This document shows, one piece after another, positions 10,101 through 18,005 of a stretch of 32,000 nt of DNA. Position 1 is the first letter of the stretch. Each line of letters begins with the position of its first letter. The stretch is from positions 180,001 through 212,000 of the forward strand of contig JANQMZ010000007.1 in the NCBI GenBank assembly GCA_028279805.1, written 5' to 3'. Origin of the DNA: an archaeon. Its GTDB lineage: Archaea > Iainarchaeota > Iainarchaeia > Iainarchaeales > JANQMZ01. The position numbers were made by a program, and so were the translations under genes. A model generated the notes under the pieces. It was not told the origin of the DNA. It worked only from the letters and a program-made list of their open reading frames with translations, and did no database searches.

Positions 10101-10323
10101 CAATTATTTTTTCAACAAAAAAAGAATTAACAGGCACGAAATAAATTTTATCAGCCATTCCTTCCGTTGTCTGCACTGTTGCAATGTTTGGATTAATCAA
10201 AATTGTTTCAATTTTTTCTTCTTTTAAAGCTTTTAAAGCCTGTGAACCACTGTAATCAAATTCTCCCGCCTGCCCTATTTTTAAGGCACCTGAACCTAAA
10301 AGCAAAACTTTTTTTATTTTCAT
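7120..10323 (-). CDS. carB: Carbamoyl-phosphate synthase large subunit
   Basis: Duplicated ATP-grasp architecture, with [16 protein letters not shown] in the first half and [20 protein letters not shown] in the second; [22 protein letters not shown]; 1067 aa. Confidence 0.97.
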   Translation of the reverse strand: [1067 protein letters not shown]

Positions 10324-11405
10324 TTTTTAACCTCTTTTAACATTAAGTCAAATAAAGAATTTGCGTCAAACGGGCCGGGCATGGCTTCCGGGTGAAATTG
10401 CACTGACATGAACGGTTTTGTTTTATGCTTGATTCCTTCATTTGAATTATCATTTGCGTTGTAAAACCATTCGTTCCAGTTTTTTGGCAAAGATTTTGAA
10501 TCAACTGCAAATCCGTGGTTTTGGGATGTAATGTAACAGGTTTTTGTTCCTTTCAAAACACATGGCTGGTTTTGGGACCGGTGCCCATATTTTAATTTGT
10601 AAGTTTTTGCCCCTGCAGCCAGAGCAAGAATCTGGTTCCCCAGGCATATTCCAAGTGTTGGATAATTGGATTCCATTGACTTTTTAGCCAAATCAATTGT
10701 TTTTTTGACAAGTGTAGGATCCCCAGGACCATTGGAAAAAAATAATGCGTCAAATGATTCATTTTTTTCAAACAAGTCATAATTCCATGGAATTCTTAAA
10801 ACTTTGACATTCCTTTGAATCAGGCTTCGGATAATATTGTTTTTTGCCCCACAATCAACAACTGCAATTGTTTTTGAACCTGAACCAAATTCCTGCACTT
10901 TGTCCGATGAAACTTTTTCAACCAGATTTTTTTTATTGGGATCTGAAAGTTTTTGATTTTTTCCTTTGCCATTTATTACAATTTTTCCAAGCATTACTCC
11001 TTTCTCTCTTAAAACCTGTGTTAATTCTCGTGTGTTTATGCCTGTTATTGCAGGAATTTTTTCCTCTTTTAACCATTGCTGTAAAGATTTAACAGAATCA
11101 TAATGATTGTATTCAAAAGAATAATCGGATACAAGCAATGCTTTTATCTGAATTTTTTCAGATTCAAAATGTTCAATTAACCCATTTTTTGTTTTTTTTC
11201 CGGGAACACCATAGTTTCCGATTAAAGGATAAGTCAGGCATAAAATTTGTTCCTTGTAACTCGGGTCGGTCAAAGTTTGGGGGTAGCCAACCATTCCCGT
11301 GTTAAAAACAACTTCCCCGTTTACCGGCTTGTCATAACCAAAAGAATAACCATCAAAACTAAAACCGTTTTCAAGAACAAGCGATGCCCTTAGCAATTCA
11401 GGCAT
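10320..11405 (-). CDS. carA: Carbamoyl-phosphate synthase small (glutaminase) subunit
   Basis: FNTGMVGYPQTLTDPSYKEQILCLTYPLIGNYG; glutaminase nucleophile motif GICLGNQILALAAG; catalytic HPE in SVQFHPEAMPGP; SD ggaggg before ATG; 4-bp overlap with carB. Confidence 0.97.
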   Translation of the reverse strand: MPELLRASLVLENGFSFDGYSFGYDKPVNGEVVFNTGMVGYPQTLTDPSYKEQILCLTYPLIGNYGVPGKKTKNGLIEHFESEKIQIKALLVSDYSFEYNHYDSVKSLQQWLKEEKIPAITGINTRELTQVLREKGVMLGKIVINGKGKNQKLSDPNKKNLVEKVSSDKVQEFGSGSKTIAVVDCGAKNNIIRSLIQRNVKVLRIPWNYDLFEKNESFDALFFSNGPGDPTLVKKTIDLAKKSMESNYPTLGICLGNQILALAAGAKTYKLKYGHRSQNQPCVLKGTKTCYITSQNHGFAVDSKSLPKNWNEWFYNANDNSNEGIKHKTKPFMSVQFHPEAMPGPFDANSLFDLMLKEVKK

Positions 11406-11519
11406 GTTGTTCCCTCCAACAAAATAAGATTAAAAAAAAACGAATCTGGATTGACATCTGTTTTAAAAAAACTCTGAAAACCCATTTGAAAGACCTACAC
11501 ATTTAGCAGGAATACAATT

Positions 11520-11633
11520 AAAAATCTAATGCGTTTTTTCACGCATTGCAGGCGGAACCATTTTTTCACCTTTATTTTATGTGCTATCTTTAGATTGCAT
11601 CTGAAGCGTTCCGTCCGGGTGCAACCGGACAAG
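11520..11633 (-). ncRNA. Candidate structured RNA between tRNA-Ser and carA
   Basis: On the minus strand: hairpin GTCCGG-TTGCAC-CCGGAC (11613..11630), a long-range CGGAAC/GTTCCG complementarity (11608..11613 with 11553..11558, sharing one base with the first hairpin), and a 3' hairpin AATGCGT-GAAAAA-ACGCATT (11528..11547) followed by TTTTT. No convincing ORF. Confidence 0.35.
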
Positions 11634-11719
11634 CGGTGGGAGCGGGATTTGAACCCGCGCAGGGCGAACCCTAGTAGCTTAGCAGGCTACCGCCGTAAAC
11701 CAGACTGGGCCATCCCACC
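11634..11719 (-). tRNA. tRNA-Ser(GCT)
   Basis: Reverse complement: GGTGGGA acceptor pairs with TCCCACC; anticodon arm GTAGC-CTGCTAA-GCTAC gives anticodon GCT; long variable arm; T loop TTCAAAT; no encoded CCA. Confidence 0.96.
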
Positions 11720-11797
11720 AATTTAATGTTTGCGGGAAAAGCTTTATTAATCAATTTTATCATAGTAATTAAATTCAGTATTTTTTTTGTGGTTTTT

Positions 11798-12046
11798 ATG
11801 GCAAGATATAGAATTGAATATGAAAGAGATGCTTGTATTGGAGCAGCTGTTTGTGAGGCTTTGGATCCCATTCATTTCAAAATAGTGGATGATGGAAAAG
11901 CTGACATGCTTGAAGCCAAACAGGAAGGGAATTTGTGGATATTGGAAACTGATTCACTGGAAATGGCTGTTGAAGCAGCACAAGGCTGTCCTGTTAAAAT
12001 AATTAAAGTTATTGACACGGAAACAGGCAAAAGGCTTGATGAATAA
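11798..12046 (+). CDS. Ferredoxin with three cluster cysteines
   Basis: The ORF runs from 11726, but the likely start is the ATG at 11798 (MARYRIEYERDACIGAAVCEALDP...AAQGCPVKIIKV). Pattern is C-x2-A-x2-C...CP. Confidence 0.85.
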   Translation: MARYRIEYERDACIGAAVCEALDPIHFKIVDDGKADMLEAKQEGNLWILETDSLEMAVEAAQGCPVKIIKVIDTETGKRLDE

Positions 12047-12081
12047 AGCTTTTTTAATGCTTTTAACCTATTTTTTGTTCT

Positions 12082-13068
12082 ATGCAGTTAAATGTTATTC
12101 CCAATCAAAGTGAAGCAGCTGAAACTGAATATCCGTCCAGAAATGTAATGGTTGCTGACTGGAAAAGAAAACGTTTAGAAAATGCTCAGTACAGGGTTAT
12201 TGGAAATCATTCAGCTGTAAAAACCTGCCATTGGTGTAAAAGCAAGGTTACAGGAAAAGACGGTTGTTATAAGGAAACATTTTATGATGTTCATGCTCAT
12301 AAATGCCTGGAAATGAGTCCTGCCATAACCTGCAATCAAAGATGTTTGCATTGCTGGCGTGACACCAGTGTGTTTAGTGCAGGCTGGGTTGGACCGGTTG
12401 ATGACCCAAAAGAAATTATTAAGGGTTGTATTGAAGCAAGAAAAGAATTAATGATGGGTTTTGGCGGCAACGATAAAGTTTCAAGAGAACAATTTGAAGA
12501 TTCTTTGATTCCGGATCATGCTGCAATTTCTTTAACTGGTGAACCATGCATGTATCCTCGTTTGGATGAAATGGTTCAAAGTTTTTTTGAAGATTTTAAT
12601 TTCAGAACGGTTTTTTTGGTTACATCTGGAACCGTTCCGGAATCTTTGAAAAAAATGGAAAAAAATGTTTTGCCTACAAACGTTTACATTTCATTGGAAG
12701 CAACTAATCCTGAGCAATACAAAAAATTGTGCATTCCTGTTGTTGAAAATGCCTGGGAAAAAGTTAATGAAAGCTTAGACATTTTAAGCCAAATGAATAC
12801 AAGAACTTTAATCAGAATTACTGCAATGAAAGGAATGAATATGGATAATCCTAAAGGTTTTGCTGAAATGATTGAAAAAGGCAGGCCAAAATTTGTTGAA
12901 GTTAAATCTTACATGTTTATTGGCAAAAGCCGAGAAAGAATGCAGATTGACAACATGGCTTCAATGGATGAAGTAAGAGAATTTGCTTCTGAGATTACCG
13001 ATCATTGTTCTTACAAGGTTAATGATGAAATTGAAGCAAGCCGGATTGTTCAGTTAAAAAGAATTTAG
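12082..13068 (+). CDS. taw1: 4-demethylwyosine synthase, TYW1/Taw1 (radical SAM)
   Basis: Radical SAM CNQRCLHCWRD (CX3CX2C); additional N-terminal cysteines CHWC...C...C; AISLTGEPCMYPRLDEM; YISLEATNPEQYKKLC. Confidence 0.93.
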   Translation: MQLNVIPNQSEAAETEYPSRNVMVADWKRKRLENAQYRVIGNHSAVKTCHWCKSKVTGKDGCYKETFYDVHAHKCLEMSPAITCNQRCLHCWRDTSVFSAGWVGPVDDPKEIIKGCIEARKELMMGFGGNDKVSREQFEDSLIPDHAAISLTGEPCMYPRLDEMVQSFFEDFNFRTVFLVTSGTVPESLKKMEKNVLPTNVYISLEATNPEQYKKLCIPVVENAWEKVNESLDILSQMNTRTLIRITAMKGMNMDNPKGFAEMIEKGRPKFVEVKSYMFIGKSRERMQIDNMASMDEVREFASEITDHCSYKVNDEIEASRIVQLKRI

Positions 13069-13818
13069 CTATTTTTTATAATTCCATTCTTTTGTTGAAT
13101 ATTTTTCTTCTGCCAATTGTTTTGCTCTTGTCAATTCTTCTTCTGTCCAGGAACCGGTTTCAAATTCCTTTCCTTGGGTAAAAGAATTTTTTAAAGCTTC
13201 AAATAATTGTTTTTGGGTTATGTCAGGATTAACATCTTTAACACTTGTAACCAAATCTTTAACATGCTGCATTACTTTGTCTGACATTTTTTCTTTTCCA
13301 ACTTTTAACATTGAAAACATTTTTTCCCAGTCAACAGTATACAAAATTGTTCCATGTTGCAACAAAATTTTGTTTCTGCGGGTTTGAGCATTGCCTGAAA
13401 TTTTTTTGCCATTAACAATAATATCATTAATGGGCCGGAATTCTGATTTGATTCCAAGAGAATCAAAAGCGTTAATCAGATAACCGCAGATTTCCTTGTA
13501 AGATTCAATAATGTTTTTTGGAAACATGTTTTCAGGAGCAATTATACTATAGGTTATTTCACCCAGATTATCATGATAAACGGCTCCTCCGCCGGTTCTC
13601 CGCCTTACAATGTCAACGCCTAATTCTTTTGTTTTTGAATCATCAACTTCATCTTTTAATGACTGAAAATAGCCTATTGAAACAGCGCTAGGCTTCCATG
13701 TCCAGAATCTGATGGTCGGAGGGCTTTTGTTTTGAGCCACCGCTTCACTTACAGCTTCATCCATTGCCATGTGAAAAAAAGCATCATTTTCATGCAATTC
13801 AATTACACGCCATTTCAT
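13069..13818 (-). CDS. lplA: Lipoate-protein ligase A, catalytic domain subunit
   Basis: RRRTGGGAVYHDNLGEITYS; FRPINDIIVNGKKISGNAQTRR; HGTILYTVD. It is the last gene of the PDH operon. Confidence 0.92.
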   Translation of the reverse strand: MKWRVIELHENDAFFHMAMDEAVSEAVAQNKSPPTIRFWTWKPSAVSIGYFQSLKDEVDDSKTKELGVDIVRRRTGGGAVYHDNLGEITYSIIAPENMFPKNIIESYKEICGYLINAFDSLGIKSEFRPINDIIVNGKKISGNAQTRRNKILLQHGTILYTVDWEKMFSMLKVGKEKMSDKVMQHVKDLVTSVKDVNPDITQKQLFEALKNSFTQGKEFETGSWTEEELTRAKQLAEEKYSTKEWNYKK

Positions 13819-14087
13819 TTTAATGCCTCCAGAATAACTTCATTAATGTCTTTGGCTGTAACTCCAACCAGTTCCGCATTGTTTTTGTCAATTATTTCCT
13901 GAACAATTTTTTCCAAATCCGAATCAATTTCTTTGTTTGTTAATTCCTGTTCAATTTGTTCAATTGTATTTTCTGGGTGAGCAAAAAAATCACCTTCAAT
14001 TGAAACATTTTTAATTAAATTTTCCTGAACATCAACTTTAATGCGCAATAATTTGCCGCCCTCTACTTTTCTTTCACTTTCTTTCAT
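13815..14087 (-). CDS. Lipoate-protein ligase accessory C-terminal domain (LplB-like) as a separate polypeptide
   Basis: KVEGGKLLRIKVDVQENLIKNVSIEGDFFAHPENTIEQIEQ matches the style of the LplA C-terminal domain; 4-bp overlap with lplA. Confidence 0.8.
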   Translation of the reverse strand: MKESERKVEGGKLLRIKVDVQENLIKNVSIEGDFFAHPENTIEQIEQELTNKEIDSDLEKIVQEIIDKNNAELVGVTAKDINEVILEALK

Positions 14088-15518
14088 TCAGTCACTTCCT
14101 TTTTCTTTAAAAATATGAATTGCTTTATTTAAAGCATCTTCTGCTGCTTCTGATACTGCCTCAGAAAAAGTTGGATGCGGATGAATTGTTAAAGCCAAGT
14201 CTTCCAACAACAACCCGGATTCTATTGCCAGAGTACATTCGCTTATTAAATCCGAAGCGTTTTCTCCGACAATTGTTCCGCCTAAAACTCTTTGAGTTTC
14301 CTTGTCTGCAATAATTTTGACAAATCCCTCTGTTTCATTAACCGCTAAAGCTTTTCCCAGTGCTTTAAAATTAAATTTTCCGATTAAAATTTCTTTTCCA
14401 TGTTCTTTTGCTTCATGTTCCTGCAAGCCAACGTGTGCAAATTCAGGTTCTGTGAAAATCACGGCTGGCACCAGATTGTCAAAAGCAGATTTTTCTCCTG
14501 CAATAGCTTCTGCTGCAATTTTTCCCTCTTTTGAACCTTTATGGGCAAGCATTGGCTGTCCCACAATATCCCCTATTGCAAAAATTTTTTCATCATCTGT
14601 CTGCATTTGTTCGTTTACAACAACGAATCCTTTTTCATCAACTTTTGCTTTGGTATTTTCAAGCCCGATGTTTTGCGTGTTTGGTTTTGTGCCAACAGCA
14701 ACCAAAACTTTGTCACATTCAATTGATTTTTTTCCCTTGCCTTTTTCTTCAACCACGACTCCGGCTTTGTCTCCCAAGTCCTGTAATTCCAGTGCTTTTG
14801 CATTTAACAAAATTTGAACATTTTTTTCTTTCAAATTTTTTTCCAAAACACGAATTACATCTGAATCATTGCCATACAAAATGGATTCTCCTGCTTCAAC
14901 AACTGTTGTTTTGGAGCCAAATCCTGCAAAAACTCCGGCCATTTCAAGACCTATATAGCCGCCGCCAATGATTACAATGCTTTTTGGCAAATTTTCAAAT
15001 TCCAGTGCTTCTTTTGAACTCATTACATATTTGCTTGAAAACTTAAAATCAGGCAATTCTATTGCTTTTGAACCGGTGGCAATAATGGCTTTTTTGAATT
15101 CAACATATTCCTGTTTGTCTCCAACATTTATCATAACTTTTTTTGAAGATTCAAACATTGCTTTTCCATGAATGACTGTTATTTTGTGTTTGTCAAACAA
15201 ATATTTTACTCCGTTGTTCAGTTTTTCAATAACACTTTTTTTCCAGGCCTGCAACTTTGCAACATTTAACTTGCGTTCACTTATTTCTATTCCCATTTTT
15301 TCAGTTTGAGTCAGAGAATGATAAAAATTTGAAGCATGAATCAATGCTTTTGAAGGAATGCATCCATGATTTAAACAAACCCCTCCCAAAACCGGTTCTT
15401 TTTCAACAACAATAACTTTTTTTCCCAATTGTGCTGCCCGGATTGCAGCAACATATCCCGCCGGGCCGGAACCAATAACCAAAACGTCTGTGCCTTGGGC
15501 AATTTCTCCCATTACCAT
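14088..15518 (-). CDS. lpdA: Dihydrolipoamide dehydrogenase (E3)
   Basis: FAD-binding GSGPAGYVAAIRAAQLGKKVIVVE; redox-active GGVCLNHGCIPSK; NAD-binding IIGGGYIGLEMAGVF; C-terminal HPHPTFSEAVSEA. Confidence 0.97.
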   Translation of the reverse strand: MVMGEIAQGTDVLVIGSGPAGYVAAIRAAQLGKKVIVVEKEPVLGGVCLNHGCIPSKALIHASNFYHSLTQTEKMGIEISERKLNVAKLQAWKKSVIEKLNNGVKYLFDKHKITVIHGKAMFESSKKVMINVGDKQEYVEFKKAIIATGSKAIELPDFKFSSKYVMSSKEALEFENLPKSIVIIGGGYIGLEMAGVFAGFGSKTTVVEAGESILYGNDSDVIRVLEKNLKEKNVQILLNAKALELQDLGDKAGVVVEEKGKGKKSIECDKVLVAVGTKPNTQNIGLENTKAKVDEKGFVVVNEQMQTDDEKIFAIGDIVGQPMLAHKGSKEGKIAAEAIAGEKSAFDNLVPAVIFTEPEFAHVGLQEHEAKEHGKEILIGKFNFKALGKALAVNETEGFVKIIADKETQRVLGGTIVGENASDLISECTLAIESGLLLEDLALTIHPHPTFSEAVSEAAEDALNKAIHIFKEKGSD

Positions 15519-15519
15519 T

Positions 15520-17019
15520 TTATTTCACGTTTGAAAATTTTGCTTCTTCTAATTGTTTTTTTATTTCATTAACAAAAGAAGCAGCTGTTGCTCCGTCAAT
15601 TATTCTGTGGTCAAAACTTAAAGCCAGATTTAAAATTTTTCTTGGCTGCAATTCGCCGTTAATGTAACGGGGCAGTTCATGAATTCTATGCACTCCTAAA
15701 ATTGCTGCTTCCGGATAATTAATTATCGGAGTTGAATAAATTCCTCCAATACTCCCTACATTTGTAATTGTAAATGTTCCGCCAGACATTTCAGGCAAAG
15801 AAATTTTTCTGTCTCTTGATTTTTGAGCTAACTCATTTATTTCTTTTCCGATTTGATAAATTGTTTTTTGTTCAGCATTTTTTACAACCGGAACCATTAA
15901 GCCTGCATCAGTTTCAACTGCTATGCCAATATTGTAAAATTTTTTCAAAACAATTTCATTTGTTTGTTCATTTAAGGAAGAATTAATGTATGGAAATTTT
16001 TTCAAAGCATTAACAACAGCTGAAACAATAAAAGGTAAATAAGTTAATTTGATTCCCTGTTGTTCAGCATCAGCTTTTTCATTTTTTCTGAATTCAACCA
16101 AATCTGTTACATCCAATTCCTCAAAATGTGTCACATGTGGAGCTGTATACATTGATTGTTCCATATGTTCTGAAATAATTTTTCTGACACCAGATAAAGG
16201 AATTCTGTCGGCATTTCCTTCTAAAACAATTTGAGCTGGTTTAAACATTAAAGCCGGCTTTTGAGGTAATTGAGGCATTGGTGGTTGTGGCATCGGTTGA
16301 GGATAGTATTGGGGATATTGCGGATAAAACGGTTGTTGAGGCTGCTGAGGTTGTTGCATCGGCTGTGGTTGCTGCTGAGGCATCTGAGGTTGCGGTGGTT
16401 GCATTGGTTGTTGTGGCTGAGGCTGGGTTTGTTGTTGGGTTGGAGTTCCTAAAAAATTGTCAATGTCCTGTTTTTCAATTCTGCCGCCCGGACCAGAGCC
16501 CTGAACTTGGTTAATGTCAACATTTTTTTCACGAGCATAATGTCTTACTGCAGGAGTAGCAAAAGCTTTTCCTTTTGGAGTTTCACTTTGTTGTGATGTT
16601 GATGGTGCCGGAGGAGTTTGCGGCTGAACTTGTTGTGGTTGAGGAATTTGTTCTGGTTCTTGTTTTGTTTGTGGTGCAGGTGTTTCCATTGGTTTTTGTT
16701 CAATTTTCATTTCAGGTTTTTCTTCTGGTTCTTTTTCTTCTGTTTTTGTTTCTTCTTTTGGTTTTTCTCCTGAACCATCATCAATTGTTACAAAAATACT
16801 TCCAACTTTTACTGTGTCCCCTTCTTTTGCATGCAGCTTTAAAATTTTTCCGTCTTCAGGGGACGGAATTTCAACAACAGCTTTGTCTGTTTCAATTTCT
16901 GCCAAAGGAGCATCTTCTTTTATTTCATCTCCTTCTTTAACCATCCATTTAACCAGTTGCCCTTCATGAATTCCTTCTCCCGGGTCCGGTAATTTAAATT
17001 CTAAAACCATCTTTCTCAC
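15520..17019 (-). CDS. pdhC: Dihydrolipoamide acyltransferase (E2 of pyruvate/2-oxoacid dehydrogenase complex)
   Basis: Lipoyl domain DPGEGIHEGQLV...IETDKAVVEIPSPEDG; peripheral subunit-binding domain ATPAVRHYAREKNVDINQVQGSGPGGRI; catalytic SFDHRIIDGATAA. A P/Q-rich linker separates the PSBD and catalytic domain. The start may be the internal ATG at 17010. Confidence 0.95.
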   Translation of the reverse strand: MRKMVLEFKLPDPGEGIHEGQLVKWMVKEGDEIKEDAPLAEIETDKAVVEIPSPEDGKILKLHAKEGDTVKVGSIFVTIDDGSGEKPKEETKTEEKEPEEKPEMKIEQKPMETPAPQTKQEPEQIPQPQQVQPQTPPAPSTSQQSETPKGKAFATPAVRHYAREKNVDINQVQGSGPGGRIEKQDIDNFLGTPTQQQTQPQPQQPMQPPQPQMPQQQPQPMQQPQQPQQPFYPQYPQYYPQPMPQPPMPQLPQKPALMFKPAQIVLEGNADRIPLSGVRKIISEHMEQSMYTAPHVTHFEELDVTDLVEFRKNEKADAEQQGIKLTYLPFIVSAVVNALKKFPYINSSLNEQTNEIVLKKFYNIGIAVETDAGLMVPVVKNAEQKTIYQIGKEINELAQKSRDRKISLPEMSGGTFTITNVGSIGGIYSTPIINYPEAAILGVHRIHELPRYINGELQPRKILNLALSFDHRIIDGATAASFVNEIKKQLEEAKFSNVK

Positions 17020-17033
17020 TAATACTGGGTCAA

Positions 17034-18005
17034 TTAATAATTTATTACTTCTTTTATTGCTTTTGCAACTCTGTAAGCACTTGGCAAATAATAATTTTCA
17101 GACAAAGCCAATGGAAAAGGAACATTATAACCTGTCACTCTTTTGATTGGAGCTTCCAAGCTTGTAAAAGCATGTTCATTTAACAATGCAATAATTTCTC
17201 CAGCAGGCCCAAAATTTCTGGCTGCTTCATGCAATATTACACATTTGCCTGTTTTTTTAACAGATTCAACAATTGGCTTATAATCGAGAGGATAAATTGT
17301 TTGAACATCAATCAATTCAACACTAACATTTCCCAATGATTCAATTGCTTCCTGTGCAACTTCCATTTGAGCTCCCCAGCTGACCAAGGTAATATCATCA
17401 CCTTGTTTTACAACATTTGTTTCACCAATCGGAACAGTGTAAGCTTCATCCGGAATATCCTGTTTCATTGCCCTGTACATTCTTTTTGGTTCCATGTACA
17501 AAACAGGGTCTGGGTCACGAATTGCTGCAATAAGCAGCCCTTTAGCGTTATATGGATTGGATGCAACAACGGTTTTAATGCCTTGAATGTGCCCAAACAT
17601 TGCTTCCATGCTTTCAGAATGATGCTCCAGTGCCCTAATACCCCCACCATAAGGCAACCTGACAACCAAAGGGCAGGTTAGTACGCCACGGGTCCTGTTT
17701 CTGATTCTTGCTGCATGTGATATGACTTCCTGCATTGCAGGATAAATAAAACCGGAAAACTGCATTTCTGCAACTGGTTTTAAACCGTTAATTGCCATTC
17801 CGACACTTGTGCCAACAATGCCTGCTTCAGCCAAAGGAGAATCAATAACTCTTTCTTCTCCAAACTTGTCAATTAATCCGTCAGTTACCCTAAAGACTCC
17901 GCCGTCAACTCCAACGTCTTCCCCTAAAACAACAACACTTTCATCATTCTTCATTTCCAGTTCCAATGCGTTGTTAATTGCCTGAACAATATTCATTTCA
18001 GCCAT
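17034..18005 (-). CDS. pdhB: 2-oxoacid dehydrogenase E1 component, beta subunit
   Basis: MNIVQAINNALELEMKNDESVVVLGEDVGVDGGVFRVTDGL; PVVRL-like LVVRLPYGGGIRALEHHSESMEA. Start is placed at internal ATG 18005, since the track start at 18035 gives a 38-bp overlap with the upstream gene. Confidence 0.95.
   Translation of the reverse strand: MAEMNIVQAINNALELEMKNDESVVVLGEDVGVDGGVFRVTDGLIDKFGEERVIDSPLAEAGIVGTSVGMAINGLKPVAEMQFSGFIYPAMQEVISHAARIRNRTRGVLTCPLVVRLPYGGGIRALEHHSESMEAMFGHIQGIKTVVASNPYNAKGLLIAAIRDPDPVLYMEPKRMYRAMKQDIPDEAYTVPIGETNVVKQGDDITLVSWGAQMEVAQEAIESLGNVSVELIDVQTIYPLDYKPIVESVKKTGKCVILHEAARNFGPAGEIIALLNEHAFTSLEAPIKRVTGYNVPFPLALSENYYLPSAYRVAKAIKEVINY

Noticed and set aside
7005-10144. Plus-strand ORFs within the carB region
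   Set aside because: Antisense shadows of a conserved enzyme gene; composition biased and no recognisable domain.
11529-11726. 65-aa plus-strand ORF
   Set aside because: It runs through the complement of tRNA-Ser (DLNPRRANPSSLAGYRRK is a typical tRNA-derived translation).
11671-11797. N-terminal extension of the ferredoxin ORF (MFAGKALLINFIIVIKFSIFFVV) as a membrane anchor
   Set aside because: Possible, but the ATG at 11798 gives a normal soluble ferredoxin start and the extension lies in the tRNA-proximal promoter region. Proteomics would be needed to support an anchor.
16260-16445. Possible minisatellite or repeat array in DNA
   Set aside because: The repetitiveness follows from P/Q-rich coding in the E2 linker with mixed synonymous codons, not from an exact tandem array.
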